From a virus (Duplodnaviria; Caudoviricetes), in IMG/VR virus record IMGVR_UViG_3300005544_000001, positions 14,392 to 78,391 of that record: DNA of 64,000 nucleotides; one strand, 5' to 3'. Position 1 is the stretch's first letter, and each line of letters begins with the position of its first letter. Under the pieces are notes generated by a model. The model saw only the letters and a list, made by a program, of their open reading frames with translations, searched no databases and was not told the origin of the DNA. Both the position numbers and the translations under genes were made by a program. Shown in pieces: positions 17,648-27,449 of the stretch.

Positions 17648-20600
17648 ATGAAATTTCTTACTTCGCTCCTTCTTCTTGTCGCTACGACCTGTTTCGCGGC
17701 CGTGCCTGATTACAAGGCATTTCGAGGAACGGGCGGCATTCTTGTTGTCTCAAATCCTCCGACAGGCACAATCACCATTGACGGCGGTAGCGTCGTGGCG
17801 AGTGGTACCAATTCCACGATCAGGATTTCAACCAATGCAGTTCTGCTTACGACTTCCACTCAGGTCAACTTTGGGTTCGGTTTGACCGGGGTTGTGGTCG
17901 GAGCCACGGCGCATGTTGGAACAGACCCGAATCTTATCGGGATTTACACCACCAATGAATGTTTCGTCTCAACGAACCTGAACACGAACATCCTCATCGC
18001 GGTGAACTTCGGGACGGCGGGGGCCAACGGAATCTATAACTGGAATGGCACGAGTCGGTTTACCAACGGGGTGAATGTGCTGTATCTCGATACGGGTTAT
18101 GGCGGGTGGATCATCAGCAATTCTGTGAGCGGGGTGCTCTATGATTCGTTCCTCAATCCTTCGCTGGGCGGAATTCAGACGTGGGATGACGTGGTGAATG
18201 GAGCGGGACCCCTGGGGACGACTTACTACGGTCCGATTACCAATTGTTTCACGCGCGAAGGGACCGTTTACGCGATGAATTTTGCTGCGGTGACCACGAA
18301 CTTGTACGTGGAACTCACCGGCAACGACACGAACGCCGTACGTGGGCGTCTCGATCGACCATGGAAGAGTGTGAGGGCAGCAACGATTGCCGCGCGGCGT
18401 GGTGATCGCATCATTGTGGGCATGGGTATTTTCCCTGAGACAGACGGGCAAACCCTCATTCTCACCAATCGCTGTTTCCTGATTGGGTCCGGAGCGGGCT
18501 CAACAATCATCGGCACGATGGGCTCGGGGGAGGATTCGCTGTTCCTGTGCTCTGACACCGTCATCTCTGGATTCACGTTCAATGGGAAGGTGGTTGTGGG
18601 CGACGGCCAGGCGTTCACCAGCGGCGCATCGCTGGGGGAAGCGACCAATGTGTTCCTCAAGGGCATCACGGCTAATGGATTTGCAGACGGCCTTGGCCTG
18701 GACACATGGCGGGATGTGCGGGTTGAGGATTGCCTGTTCACAGACATTTTTGACGGTGTGGCAAACTGGGACAATCGCGGGTTGCCACAGACTGCCACGT
18801 TCAGGAACGTGCATGTTGTCAGCAAGTTCGAGACAGGCGGATTCAACCCGGTCCACGGCGTGTCATGGCTGGCTGGCACCCTCATCTGGGATGGAGGCTC
18901 CATCACCGTGAGCAACGGCGTCACCCATAACACGGGCATTTACGTTCCAATCAGCACCAACGCCACTCCGAAAGTTTTCCTGAACGGCGTGCGCATTCTG
19001 CATTCAACCACGAATATTGCCACCTCCTGTGCGGTTTGGAACTCCAACTACGCGAACGTGCTCATCACCGGCGCTTACGTCAACGAGGTTCAACCGCAGC
19101 TGGTCAACAGCATGATCACCAATCAGCCGAGTGACCATGTGGTGAACGTGACCAACGCCAACGCGATTGCGAACGGAGGCCGCACTAATTTCCTCATCGA
19201 CACGACAGTGTTCGGGGCAGGTTTTCTGGCTGGCAAGTACTCGGTAACGATCTACGACAGCGGGCACACGGCGCAGACAACGAACGTTTGGATCTTCACG
19301 CAGGGTAATCAGAAGATCGATGGGGTCTTAACGAGGACCAACATTATCTTAAATGGAGGCTCGATGACTCTCGCCGTCGGTGGCGCCGGTGGAACCAACT
19401 GGGTAATAACTGTGCTGCCACCCCTTCCGCTTCCGCAGTTCGCAAATTTCAATGGGGGATTCGCTTTGGTGAGCGATGAACAAACCATTGTGGAAACCGG
19501 GGTGACCACAACGGAATTGGAATTTCTCTCCGGCGTCACCTCTCCGATCCAGGCGCAGCTTTCGAATGACGTGCGGGTTGCGGCCGGCGCGAATGTGACG
19601 GTCACAAAATCCGGCGCTGGCGGCATCATGACCTACACGGTTGCAGCAACGGGTGGAGCGGGTTCCACGGCGTTCAGCAACCTTGTCGACGTATCCCTGG
19701 GTAGCCTTGGCGGACCTCTTCTCGATGGTGACACATTGTTTTACAATCTGGCTGGGGGCTTCTGGTACAATCAAAATCCGTTCTTCCAAATTACCTATAC
19801 GATTACCGTGTTGACCAACATCACCATAAATGTCGGCACCAACATGGAGCAAAGCGTTGCCGTTCAAACGAGCAATTCCTTTGGAGTGGTTTACAGCGGG
19901 ACGCCAATGCCCGGCGAGAGATACCACATCGCAGTGTTCAACACCAATAGGGTCGTGGACATCAACATGACCAACAACTCCTACAATCCGTTGGTGGCCA
20001 GCAACGTCACGATCTACACGATCAAATCGAACTCCATCGCGTCGTTCACCTTCATCAATCGAACCAATTGGAACGCAGCCGGGACGAACCGCTGGGAATT
20101 GGATCGGGAGATCGCTCAGGAGATGGAGCTTGTTCCGGGTTCAAACATCACGTTCACAACAAACGCGTTCAGCAGCACGGTCACTGTGTCTTCCTCCGCT
20201 GGTGGCGGCAATGTAAGCTCCAATTCATCTGGTGGCATTACTGCCATTGGAGTGTCTACCAACCTTTCACCAATGTACATAACGATGAACGGTGGATCGG
20301 TTAATTACATTTCCTACACTCCTAGCACCCTGTCGTTTGGTTCCACGGATGTCGGCGTTCAGGATATTTTCTGGACGACAGCAAACGCCCAGTACCAGCT
20401 TGCATACGGCGTGGATTACAACGGACTGATTCCGTTGGGCGGTGCGAACGCTCTGGGAAGTGCGACACATCCATGGGATACATTCTTTGTGACCGGCGCT
20501 GGTAACACTCCAGCGGCAGGAAAAGTTTGGACAGCGATCGGAACATCTGGAGCTGGAGGATGGAGCAATGCGCCCGCAAGTTCTCCAACCACTACGCGAG

Positions 20601-21361
20601 GCGACATGATTTACCGTGGGGCCAGCGCGGACGAACGACTGCCAATGTCCAACACCATTGGCGCAGTTCTGACATCTGACGGCACGGACCCTTATTGGTC
20701 AACCGGACCGGACCTATTCCGATTCTCTGACGAGTTCATGTATTCCACGACTTCTGATGTGGGAATCTGGCTGAAATTGGGGACTGTGTCCGTGCTTGCG
20801 GAATACGGAAACACGAACCATTGGGGCGTAATACGGACTCGCTCCAGTTCTGGCACTAGAACTCAAGCCGGATACGAACAGGCGCAGAGAGCTATTGTTC
20901 TGGGAAATGCACAACCATTCATGTGTGAATGGATTGTGAAAGTCACGGCTCTGTCTGCGGCGGGACGGGACTATAGCTGGCTCGCAGGGCTTGGCGACAC
21001 ATCTGGAAGCGTTACGACGAATCAAACCGACGGCGTTTACTTTTCTCAAAACCAGAATTTTAATAGCGGAAACTGGCAATGCATTTGCGTGTATGGTGGA
21101 GTTTCGACGACGAACAACAGCTCTGTAATACCTGTGGCCGATACATGGACTCGGCTGAGGATAACATTGGACAGCGCCACAAATGTTGTCTTCTCTGTGG
21201 ATGGCGTGTCTGTGGCAACAAACGCAAACAGCAACGTCCCGGTCGGTGCGGGCCACGGAGTCGGCGCGATGCACTTCGTTCAGCCTCACGATTCTCAAGC
21301 TGTGAACATCGACTTGTTCACGGATTACTTCCAAGCGGTTGCGAAACTCAAATACCGATGA
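17648..21361 (+). CDS. Large tail spike/fibre-like protein with pectin-lyase-like beta-helix and N-terminal signal peptide
   Basis: ATG 17648; MKFLTSLLLLVATTCFAA; GNDTNAVRG...PWKSVRAA...GDRIIVG.G motif; Thr/Asn/Gly-rich. Confidence 0.7.
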   Translation: MKFLTSLLLLVATTCFAAVPDYKAFRGTGGILVVSNPPTGTITIDGGSVVASGTNSTIRISTNAVLLTTSTQVNFGFGLTGVVVGATAHVGTDPNLIGIYTTNECFVSTNLNTNILIAVNFGTAGANGIYNWNGTSRFTNGVNVLYLDTGYGGWIISNSVSGVLYDSFLNPSLGGIQTWDDVVNGAGPLGTTYYGPITNCFTREGTVYAMNFAAVTTNLYVELTGNDTNAVRGRLDRPWKSVRAATIAARRGDRIIVGMGIFPETDGQTLILTNRCFLIGSGAGSTIIGTMGSGEDSLFLCSDTVISGFTFNGKVVVGDGQAFTSGASLGEATNVFLKGITANGFADGLGLDTWRDVRVEDCLFTDIFDGVANWDNRGLPQTATFRNVHVVSKFETGGFNPVHGVSWLAGTLIWDGGSITVSNGVTHNTGIYVPISTNATPKVFLNGVRILHSTTNIATSCAVWNSNYANVLITGAYVNEVQPQLVNSMITNQPSDHVVNVTNANAIANGGRTNFLIDTTVFGAGFLAGKYSVTIYDSGHTAQTTNVWIFTQGNQKIDGVLTRTNIILNGGSMTLAVGGAGGTNWVITVLPPLPLPQFANFNGGFALVSDEQTIVETGVTTTELEFLSGVTSPIQAQLSNDVRVAAGANVTVTKSGAGGIMTYTVAATGGAGSTAFSNLVDVSLGSLGGPLLDGDTLFYNLAGGFWYNQNPFFQITYTITVLTNITINVGTNMEQSVAVQTSNSFGVVYSGTPMPGERYHIAVFNTNRVVDINMTNNSYNPLVASNVTIYTIKSNSIASFTFINRTNWNAAGTNRWELDREIAQEMELVPGSNITFTTNAFSSTVTVSSSAGGGNVSSNSSGGITAIGVSTNLSPMYITMNGGSVNYISYTPSTLSFGSTDVGVQDIFWTTANAQYQLAYGVDYNGLIPLGGANALGSATHPWDTFFVTGAGNTPAAGKVWTAIGTSGAGGWSNAPASSPTTTRGDMIYRGASADERLPMSNTIGAVLTSDGTDPYWSTGPDLFRFSDEFMYSTTSDVGIWLKLGTVSVLAEYGNTNHWGVIRTRSSSGTRTQAGYEQAQRAIVLGNAQPFMCEWIVKVTALSAAGRDYSWLAGLGDTSGSVTTNQTDGVYFSQNQNFNSGNWQCICVYGGVSTTNNSSVIPVADTWTRLRITLDSATNVVFSVDGVSVATNANSNVPVGAGHGVGAMHFVQPHDSQAVNIDLFTDYFQAVAKLKYR

Positions 21362-22599
21362 GGGTCATTCTCTCAATTCTGTTGAGCTGTCTCTCCGCTT
21401 CTGGCGCAAGTTACTTCATTGACTTCACGGGAGGCAATGACGGCTCGGCAGGAACATCGTCCGGGACGGCTTGGAAGACATTTGCGCCAGCTACGAATGT
21501 GGGGAATGGCATCGTATCGGGAGACACAGTGTTCCTTAAGCGAGGCGAAGTATGGACGGACACATTCTCATTCCCTACGAATGGAGTGACGCTGGATGCC
21601 TACGGTTCAGGGGCGCTGCCCGTTATTAAAGGCGGAGGAACATTACGACGAGTCGTAAACGTGGGAGTGATGAGCAACACCATCACTCGAAACATCCAGA
21701 TTCAGGACGGAGGCGGCGGAACGGGTGCAAATTGGCTGGCGAACAATGGAACTAATTGGTTGCTTGATTGCGTAATCTCAAATCACACGGCTGATGCGTG
21801 CGCCTCTGGCAATGGAGACTCGCATAGCGTTGTAAGTAATTGCTTCATCGCAAAAGCATTTGATGACGGCCTTACGCTTCACACCACGTCCAGCGCGGAG
21901 ATGTATAGCTGCATTGTCTCAAACTGCACCCAGGGATTGAACAATTCGGGCACGGACATGAGCCTTATCGTTACTGACTGCCTGTTTAAAGACAACGCGA
22001 ATGACGTAGGTGGTTTGAGCATTTGTCCGGCGACATTCAGCAGGTGTCGATTCGCGGGGAAAACCGGAGGAAGCTTCGTATTCATCAAGGACGATTCTGG
22101 CAGCACGATCAATTTCAACTATTGCACCTTCGACGGATCGCAGGGAACCGGAGCGGCGGATGCGGAATTCACGCCGCAAGGAGTAGGCGAGATTCATCTG
22201 AACAACTGCGTGCTGTATGGCGGCGGTGTGGCGGGCAAGATGTCGCTGGATACAACTTCGGTGGTGAAGATGACCAACTGTATCTTGTCCGGCTGGGCAC
22301 GGGCGGCGGCGTTCTCGGTTGGCTCAGTGATGACGCACGACCATTGCATCTTCTATAATGTGGCAATCACGAACTGGACTAGCTGCACATCGTTCATCGG
22401 GACGGCTGACCCGCTATTCATATCCAGTTCCAATTTTCGTCTGCAAGCAGGCTCTCCAGCCATCAACGCTGGAACGTATATCGGGCTTGCAACCGATTTA
22501 GACGGCAACCCTGTCTCAAACCCGCCTGAAGTTGGCGCTTACGAGTTCGGCGTTGTGTATCCGCGCACAGCCGGACTGAGAGGGTTGCGTGGCTTTTAA
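21358..22599 (+). CDS. Right-handed beta-helix protein with signal peptide (choice-of-anchor Q-like end)
   Basis: ATG 21358; MRVILSILLSCLSASGA; GNDG..GTS...AWKT; DPLF...FRLQAGSPAINAG...D..G......VGAYE. Confidence 0.8.
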   Translation: MRVILSILLSCLSASGASYFIDFTGGNDGSAGTSSGTAWKTFAPATNVGNGIVSGDTVFLKRGEVWTDTFSFPTNGVTLDAYGSGALPVIKGGGTLRRVVNVGVMSNTITRNIQIQDGGGGTGANWLANNGTNWLLDCVISNHTADACASGNGDSHSVVSNCFIAKAFDDGLTLHTTSSAEMYSCIVSNCTQGLNNSGTDMSLIVTDCLFKDNANDVGGLSICPATFSRCRFAGKTGGSFVFIKDDSGSTINFNYCTFDGSQGTGAADAEFTPQGVGEIHLNNCVLYGGGVAGKMSLDTTSVVKMTNCILSGWARAAAFSVGSVMTHDHCIFYNVAITNWTSCTSFIGTADPLFISSSNFRLQAGSPAINAGTYIGLATDLDGNPVSNPPEVGAYEFGVVYPRTAGLRGLRGF

Positions 22600-25597
22600 G
22601 CTGCTCATACTTCTGTTCATAGCGTCGCAGTCCATTGCGGGTCAATGGGTCATGAACACGAATTTGCACCTGACTGGACAGGCCAGTGCGGGAAGTGGGT
22701 TGACGTATTTCTGGAGTTACTATGACGGCGCAGATTCTCCCGATGGCTCATATCTGGGCTGGATGAGCTATGACAATTCGCCCACTACCTTTATTCCAGC
22801 CGATGTGCCGCTGGGGAGAACAAATCCGGCCGGAACATATTACGTGATACTCAAGACGTATCAGTACTACGGCCCAACGAACTGCCTTGTTACGCTTGGA
22901 GACGGCTCGGCTGTGTCGCAAAACGCGATCAACGCAGACGACAACGGAAGGTGGGGTTTCCCTGTGGCTGTGACCAGCACGGTCTCGTTTACCAATATCC
23001 TGTTGCAGTTCCGCAAGGTAGATTCAGATCCGACGGTGACGGAAAAGGTGATGCTCCAAGGACTTTACATCACGACGAATCAAAACGAAGCAATGGCATT
23101 TGCCGGGCAGACGCAGGATCGTGTCATCAATTTCGCCCATGCAGTCACAACTAATGACAGCGCAGGCATCATCGGGAACTGGCTGGAAGACAGCTCGTTT
23201 GAGCTGTGGCCTTCTCATGGATGGGCGTTCGAGGCTTACTTCGGCAGTGTGGCAGGAACAAACAATGGCGCATACTCTCAGGATTATGCGCAAGCGGATA
23301 TGCTGAGCACGAACGCGATGCACGGCGGCCGCAGCTTGCACGTGACGGAGGGGGGTTACGTGTTTTCTCGGATCATGCGGCTGCGCGGGGATCGTTCCTA
23401 TACGCTCTCGTCATGGCTTCAGCGCACCAACTCGACCACTCAAGTGACCTTCAGCCTGGCGCCCACCACCGCGGTGCCCACGAATCTGGTCGCGGCAACG
23501 AATCTTCAGTTCGTCGTACCAGCTTCTGACACGAACCGGCTGTGGGTCAGGTATTCAACGAACATGGTTCTATGGAGGTATCCGTCTGAATACTTTCAGC
23601 TAACCATTTCGTGCGGAACGGGGGACCATTCGGAGTTGCCGACAGACGTTTTCATTGATGGCGTGCAGATTGAAGAGGGCGCGCTGACGACTTACTCGCC
23701 GCGCTACGCTGCCGAGTTTGCCCTGCATACCACGAATCTGGTGAACATTTTTTCCAACGGGCCACCGGTCATTCAGGTGTGCGGGTTCAACAATGCCGCC
23801 AGTAGTGCGGCTAGGTTGTTTGCTTTTGAGGTTTACGATCACGCCAATCGGATGCTGACGAACGGCCAGTTTTCGATTACCTGCGGGGCGTCCAATGTGG
23901 TGACCAACGTGCTGACGCTGGTGACGGTGACTAATCAGGGAAGTTTTCGGATGGTGGGATGGATGGATGGCGCGCCGGATTATCGGGACGAGCTTATCTT
24001 CGGCACCATCAACGCGCCAGTGATGTCCACGAATTATCTTTTGGGAACACACAGTCACCATCTAGCATTCAATGCGCGGATGCTGTCGGCAATGGGGATA
24101 AAGTTCAATCGCGGATTGTCTCCCGGTGGAACCTTTAGATGGACGACGGACGAGCCGACGCAGGGCAACTTCTTTTGGTCGGATGGCCGGATCGACTCGC
24201 AGGCAACCAATGGCATCGATATACTAGCTTCGATGGGCACCAACGAGGAGTGGCCAGCTTGGGCAAACGATTCGACGAACGGATTCTTCATGCTGCCACA
24301 TTACTCGAATTGGGTGTATCAGGTGGTGAATCGGTATAAGACGAAGATCCATTATTGGGAGTTCTGGAATGAGCCCCAGTACACTTTCAGCACCAATTTC
24401 ATGGCGCTGATGCACACTAACTTCATCGCGGCAGTTCACAATGCAGATGCGAACGCGAAGATTGTCGGCATCGGAGGTAACTACGATACTCTCACGGCAA
24501 CAAACACATGGGCGCTTCTGAACAGTGCGTATCAGTCGCAGGTTGAGTTTATCTCTACGCACCTTTACCCAACAGATTTGGGGCCGATGGTGGTTGATTA
24601 TGACGAAGGGCCAAAAACATGGTCTAGGGCACCGCTTGGGGGCAAGGAGATATGGAACACGGAAACTGGCAACAAGGATTTATTTTACGGTTTTACTGAG
24701 GTTTACGGCTTCGATCCGACTGGTGACTATTACGATCCGTTCGAGAGGGCGTCGCGGCACGACCTTCCGAAGTATCGCGGGGTCGAGATGGTTTCCATTA
24801 ACTTCCTTCGGGATGTTGGGGTTGGGTTCGGCAAGTATTTTTACTACGACTTCAGGGTTCGGAACAACCCGGCTTACCAGAACACTGAGTATAGCGCACT
24901 GGAGTTTAACAACGCCATCCGCCCCAAGCTGATTGCGATCGCGATTCAAAACCAATTCCTTGGGTATGCGCGAGGGCGCGGCGGCGTGACGAACTCGGCT
25001 AACAGCAACATTGAGGCTTACACCGCAACCAACCTGACGAGCGGCGATGTGTATGGCTTTCTGTGGAGTAGCGACAGGACGAATCGTTATCTGACTGTGA
25101 CCAACACGAGCTTCACGCAATACGACGTGATGTGCAATCCGGTCACGTTCACCAACTCTCGCGTTTACTGCGGGCGGATGCCGACATTCCTGAAGGCGTC
25201 GGGGATGAGCATTCAAACCCTGTCGAACACGCTCCGATTCGCTACCGTCACAAATATCTCGGACTCGCAGCCGCCAATGGCTTCCGTGGACATGTCGCCG
25301 AACGGCTTGGTTACTGCGACCAATTTCCCACTACGCTTCAAATTTGGTGCGTTGGATGAAACTACAATTTACACCAATGCCTATGCCTACAGGCTGTATC
25401 CATCTACGTCATGGTCAGGCTGGAGTGGATCTAATTATGTAGAGTACTCGTCGGTGGAATCTGGCACGCATCGTCTTGAGGTCAAAGCGATCGACGGATC
25501 TGGGAATGAGAGCGACACTGTGAATGGGCCGGCATTCACGTTGGGGGCTGAATTCACCACCTCCCGCATTCGCGGAATAAGTTTGCGAGCCAGATAA
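22589..25597 (+). CDS. Clan GH-A (GH39/GH5-like) glycoside hydrolase with signal peptide and CBM-like domain
   Basis: MAFKLLILLFIASQSIA; YWEFWNEP (acid/base) and IWNTETG (nucleophile) motifs. Confidence 0.75.
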   Translation: MAFKLLILLFIASQSIAGQWVMNTNLHLTGQASAGSGLTYFWSYYDGADSPDGSYLGWMSYDNSPTTFIPADVPLGRTNPAGTYYVILKTYQYYGPTNCLVTLGDGSAVSQNAINADDNGRWGFPVAVTSTVSFTNILLQFRKVDSDPTVTEKVMLQGLYITTNQNEAMAFAGQTQDRVINFAHAVTTNDSAGIIGNWLEDSSFELWPSHGWAFEAYFGSVAGTNNGAYSQDYAQADMLSTNAMHGGRSLHVTEGGYVFSRIMRLRGDRSYTLSSWLQRTNSTTQVTFSLAPTTAVPTNLVAATNLQFVVPASDTNRLWVRYSTNMVLWRYPSEYFQLTISCGTGDHSELPTDVFIDGVQIEEGALTTYSPRYAAEFALHTTNLVNIFSNGPPVIQVCGFNNAASSAARLFAFEVYDHANRMLTNGQFSITCGASNVVTNVLTLVTVTNQGSFRMVGWMDGAPDYRDELIFGTINAPVMSTNYLLGTHSHHLAFNARMLSAMGIKFNRGLSPGGTFRWTTDEPTQGNFFWSDGRIDSQATNGIDILASMGTNEEWPAWANDSTNGFFMLPHYSNWVYQVVNRYKTKIHYWEFWNEPQYTFSTNFMALMHTNFIAAVHNADANAKIVGIGGNYDTLTATNTWALLNSAYQSQVEFISTHLYPTDLGPMVVDYDEGPKTWSRAPLGGKEIWNTETGNKDLFYGFTEVYGFDPTGDYYDPFERASRHDLPKYRGVEMVSINFLRDVGVGFGKYFYYDFRVRNNPAYQNTEYSALEFNNAIRPKLIAIAIQNQFLGYARGRGGVTNSANSNIEAYTATNLTSGDVYGFLWSSDRTNRYLTVTNTSFTQYDVMCNPVTFTNSRVYCGRMPTFLKASGMSIQTLSNTLRFATVTNISDSQPPMASVDMSPNGLVTATNFPLRFKFGALDETTIYTNAYAYRLYPSTSWSGWSGSNYVEYSSVESGTHRLEVKAIDGSGNESDTVNGPAFTLGAEFTTSRIRGISLRAR

Positions 25598-25715
25598 TTT
25601 ATGAACCTCGGAGTTGAACAGTCGAAGCGCGACAAAGTTAACCACAACCGATGGCGTGCCGAGTTGCGGGAATCTTTGGCTGTTCAACCCGCTGATCGCA
25701 CGTTAACTTGAAACC

Positions 25716-26180
25716 ATGAAAAAGATCGCAATCGCAATCGCGCTGGCTGCTGCGCTGGCAAGCTGCCAGGCCCAGCGGGTGGCGCTGAGATTCGAGACGT
25801 TCGTAATCGGCAACGAAACCAACGAGTACGCTCTCGTCTCTTCGGAGCAGCTTTCCAACCATCAATGTTCGATTTACATTCACTCGAGCGAATACCCGAC
25901 ATACATCGCCGCCGGGTTCGCGTGCTACAACCAGCTTCAGTGGGTGGGATATGGCACCGCAGAAACGGATAACGAGTGGATGTTCGGATGGTCGATCAAT
26001 ACGCCATGCTCGGGCGCGGGCGCCCTGCTGGCAACCCCACAGCTCATGGAGGAGAAAGACATCCCTGGTTCCATCGCCCGATACCGAATGACAATTGACG
26101 GAATCGAACACAGGATAGTTCCGTTCAAAGATCAAACTGGCTGGAAATCGTTCAGGTTCTTGTGTGTCCCAACCCGCTAA
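25716..26180 (+). CDS. Exported protein or lipoprotein
   Basis: MKKIAIAIALAAALASC, a signal peptide with a lipobox-like end. Confidence 0.65.
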   Translation: MKKIAIAIALAAALASCQAQRVALRFETFVIGNETNEYALVSSEQLSNHQCSIYIHSSEYPTYIAAGFACYNQLQWVGYGTAETDNEWMFGWSINTPCSGAGALLATPQLMEEKDIPGSIARYRMTIDGIEHRIVPFKDQTGWKSFRFLCVPTR

Positions 26181-26196
26181 ATCAACCATCAAATGA

Positions 26197-26427
26197 ATGA
26201 CCTTCAAGCAATGGGAAGAATGGCAGCGGTGGAGAGGGTCCACTGAAGAACGCATGAAAAGCGCTGAAGAAAAACTTTGTGAGCAGGATGAGAAGCTGGC
26301 CGAACTTCAAAATGCCGTCTCAGCGGTTCTCCAGAAGATTGCTGTCCCGCTGTTTTTCGTGTCCATTGGCGGCGTAGTGCTCGGCGGAATCGTGGTGGCT
26401 CTGGTTGGTAAACTGTTGACCAAATGA
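26197..26427 (+). CDS. Coiled-coil plus C-terminal TM protein (holin/antiholin-like)
   Basis: Hydrophobic C-terminal helix; start of the lysis-like cassette. Confidence 0.55.
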   Translation: MTFKQWEEWQRWRGSTEERMKSAEEKLCEQDEKLAELQNAVSAVLQKIAVPLFFVSIGGVVLGGIVVALVGKLLTK

Positions 26428-26430
26428 TTT

Positions 26431-26676
26431 ATGAAAAGCTGGAAAACAACAACGGGCGGTGTGCTCCTCGCCATAGGCGGCTGGGCAACGACTCAGTCAA
26501 CTCCATGGTGGCTTTACAAGGCGGGTGGCGTTCTTAGCGCAGTCGGCGCGTTGCTCCTTGGCGGCGCCGCCCGCGACAACAACGTGCCGTCATCCGCCGT
26601 GCCGAAAGCTGCCGAGAAAGATGCACAGATAAAGGCTGACACTCAATTCATCAACAAACCAACACCACCAACATGA
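26431..26676 (+). CDS. Putative holin
   Basis: 81 aa, two hydrophobic segments, charged C-terminus. Confidence 0.55.
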   Translation: MKSWKTTTGGVLLAIGGWATTQSTPWWLYKAGGVLSAVGALLLGGAARDNNVPSSAVPKAAEKDAQIKADTQFINKPTPPT

Positions 26677-26846
26677 AAAAACTCGTATATCCCGCAATCC
26701 TGGCACTGGGCCTCATCGGCTCCGGCTGTGCAGTCATGAAGGGCGTCGTCAAAGACGTGGCGGCCGTCATCGAGAAAGCCGTTGACGTGCCGATCGGCGT
26801 TTACACCAACAGCGTCGACTCCGCAAAGAGCCTCATCGGCAAGTAA
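26673..26846 (+). CDS. 57-aa lipoprotein missing from the ORF track
   Basis: Manual translation MKKLVYPAILALGLIGSGCAVMKGVVKDVAAVIEKAVDVPIGVYTNSVDSAKSLIGK; overlaps both neighbours. Confidence 0.7.
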   Translation: MKKLVYPAILALGLIGSGCAVMKGVVKDVAAVIEKAVDVPIGVYTNSVDSAKSLIGK

Positions 26847-27067
26847 TGTGGGCGACCGCTGTCAAACTGGCGCTGTCGGTTCTGGGCTTCTTCTTCGAAC
26901 GTTTCAAGAAGAGGGCTGAGGACACGCCGGAAAATAAGCGCGATGAAATCGATCAAGCCATCAACGATGGTGACGAGGGCCAGGTTAACAAGCTTCTTGA
27001 TGACGCTGTGTCTGGCGACGGGGTGCGGCCTGCTGACAAAAACCCGCGTCCGAGTGATCCCTGCTGA
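26846..27067 (+). CDS. Putative i-spanin-like protein
   Basis: N-terminal TM then charged domain; overlapped by a lipoprotein ORF. Confidence 0.5.
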   Translation: MWATAVKLALSVLGFFFERFKKRAEDTPENKRDEIDQAINDGDEGQVNKLLDDAVSGDGVRPADKNPRPSDPC

Positions 27068-27194
27068 CAAGGCCGTCGTCAGGATGCCCATGGGCGTGCC
27101 GTTCACCCCCACGAACGGCAGCGGTTATTTCGTCCCCGACGCTCGAATGCAGGACATCCTGAAGCGCGGTTTGATTGGCACCAATGGCAACTGA
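27000..27194 (+). CDS. Putative o-spanin-like lipoprotein
   Basis: MTLCLATGC lipobox; Pro-rich; starts inside the previous gene in another frame (start could be upstream). Confidence 0.5.
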   Translation: MTLCLATGCGLLTKTRVRVIPADKAVVRMPMGVPFTPTNGSGYFVPDARMQDILKRGLIGTNGN

Positions 27195-27408
27195 ATCCGA
27201 AAGAGCTGAACTCGCCCGACTGGCTGGAAGCTCCTCGCCGCTGGTGCAGGTGGTTCAATTCCCGAAGCTGGCTGATGCCCTCGGACCGTTCCTGCCGCGG
27301 GCGGCCATAGCCTTGCGCGATTGGGACGAGAAAGTTGAAGTGTGGCGCAAGAGCGTGCTGGCACAGCGCGAAACCGGTGGGTCACTGCCGACGCCACCGA
27401 CACCTTAA
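27184..27408 (+). CDS. Hypothetical protein
   Basis: ATG 27184; 74 aa. Confidence 0.5.
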   Translation: MATESERAELARLAGSSSPLVQVVQFPKLADALGPFLPRAAIALRDWDEKVEVWRKSVLAQRETGGSLPTPPTP

Positions 27409-27449
27409 TCATTGCACCTGCATAGATTCGGCGTAAAGGTTCTACCGAA

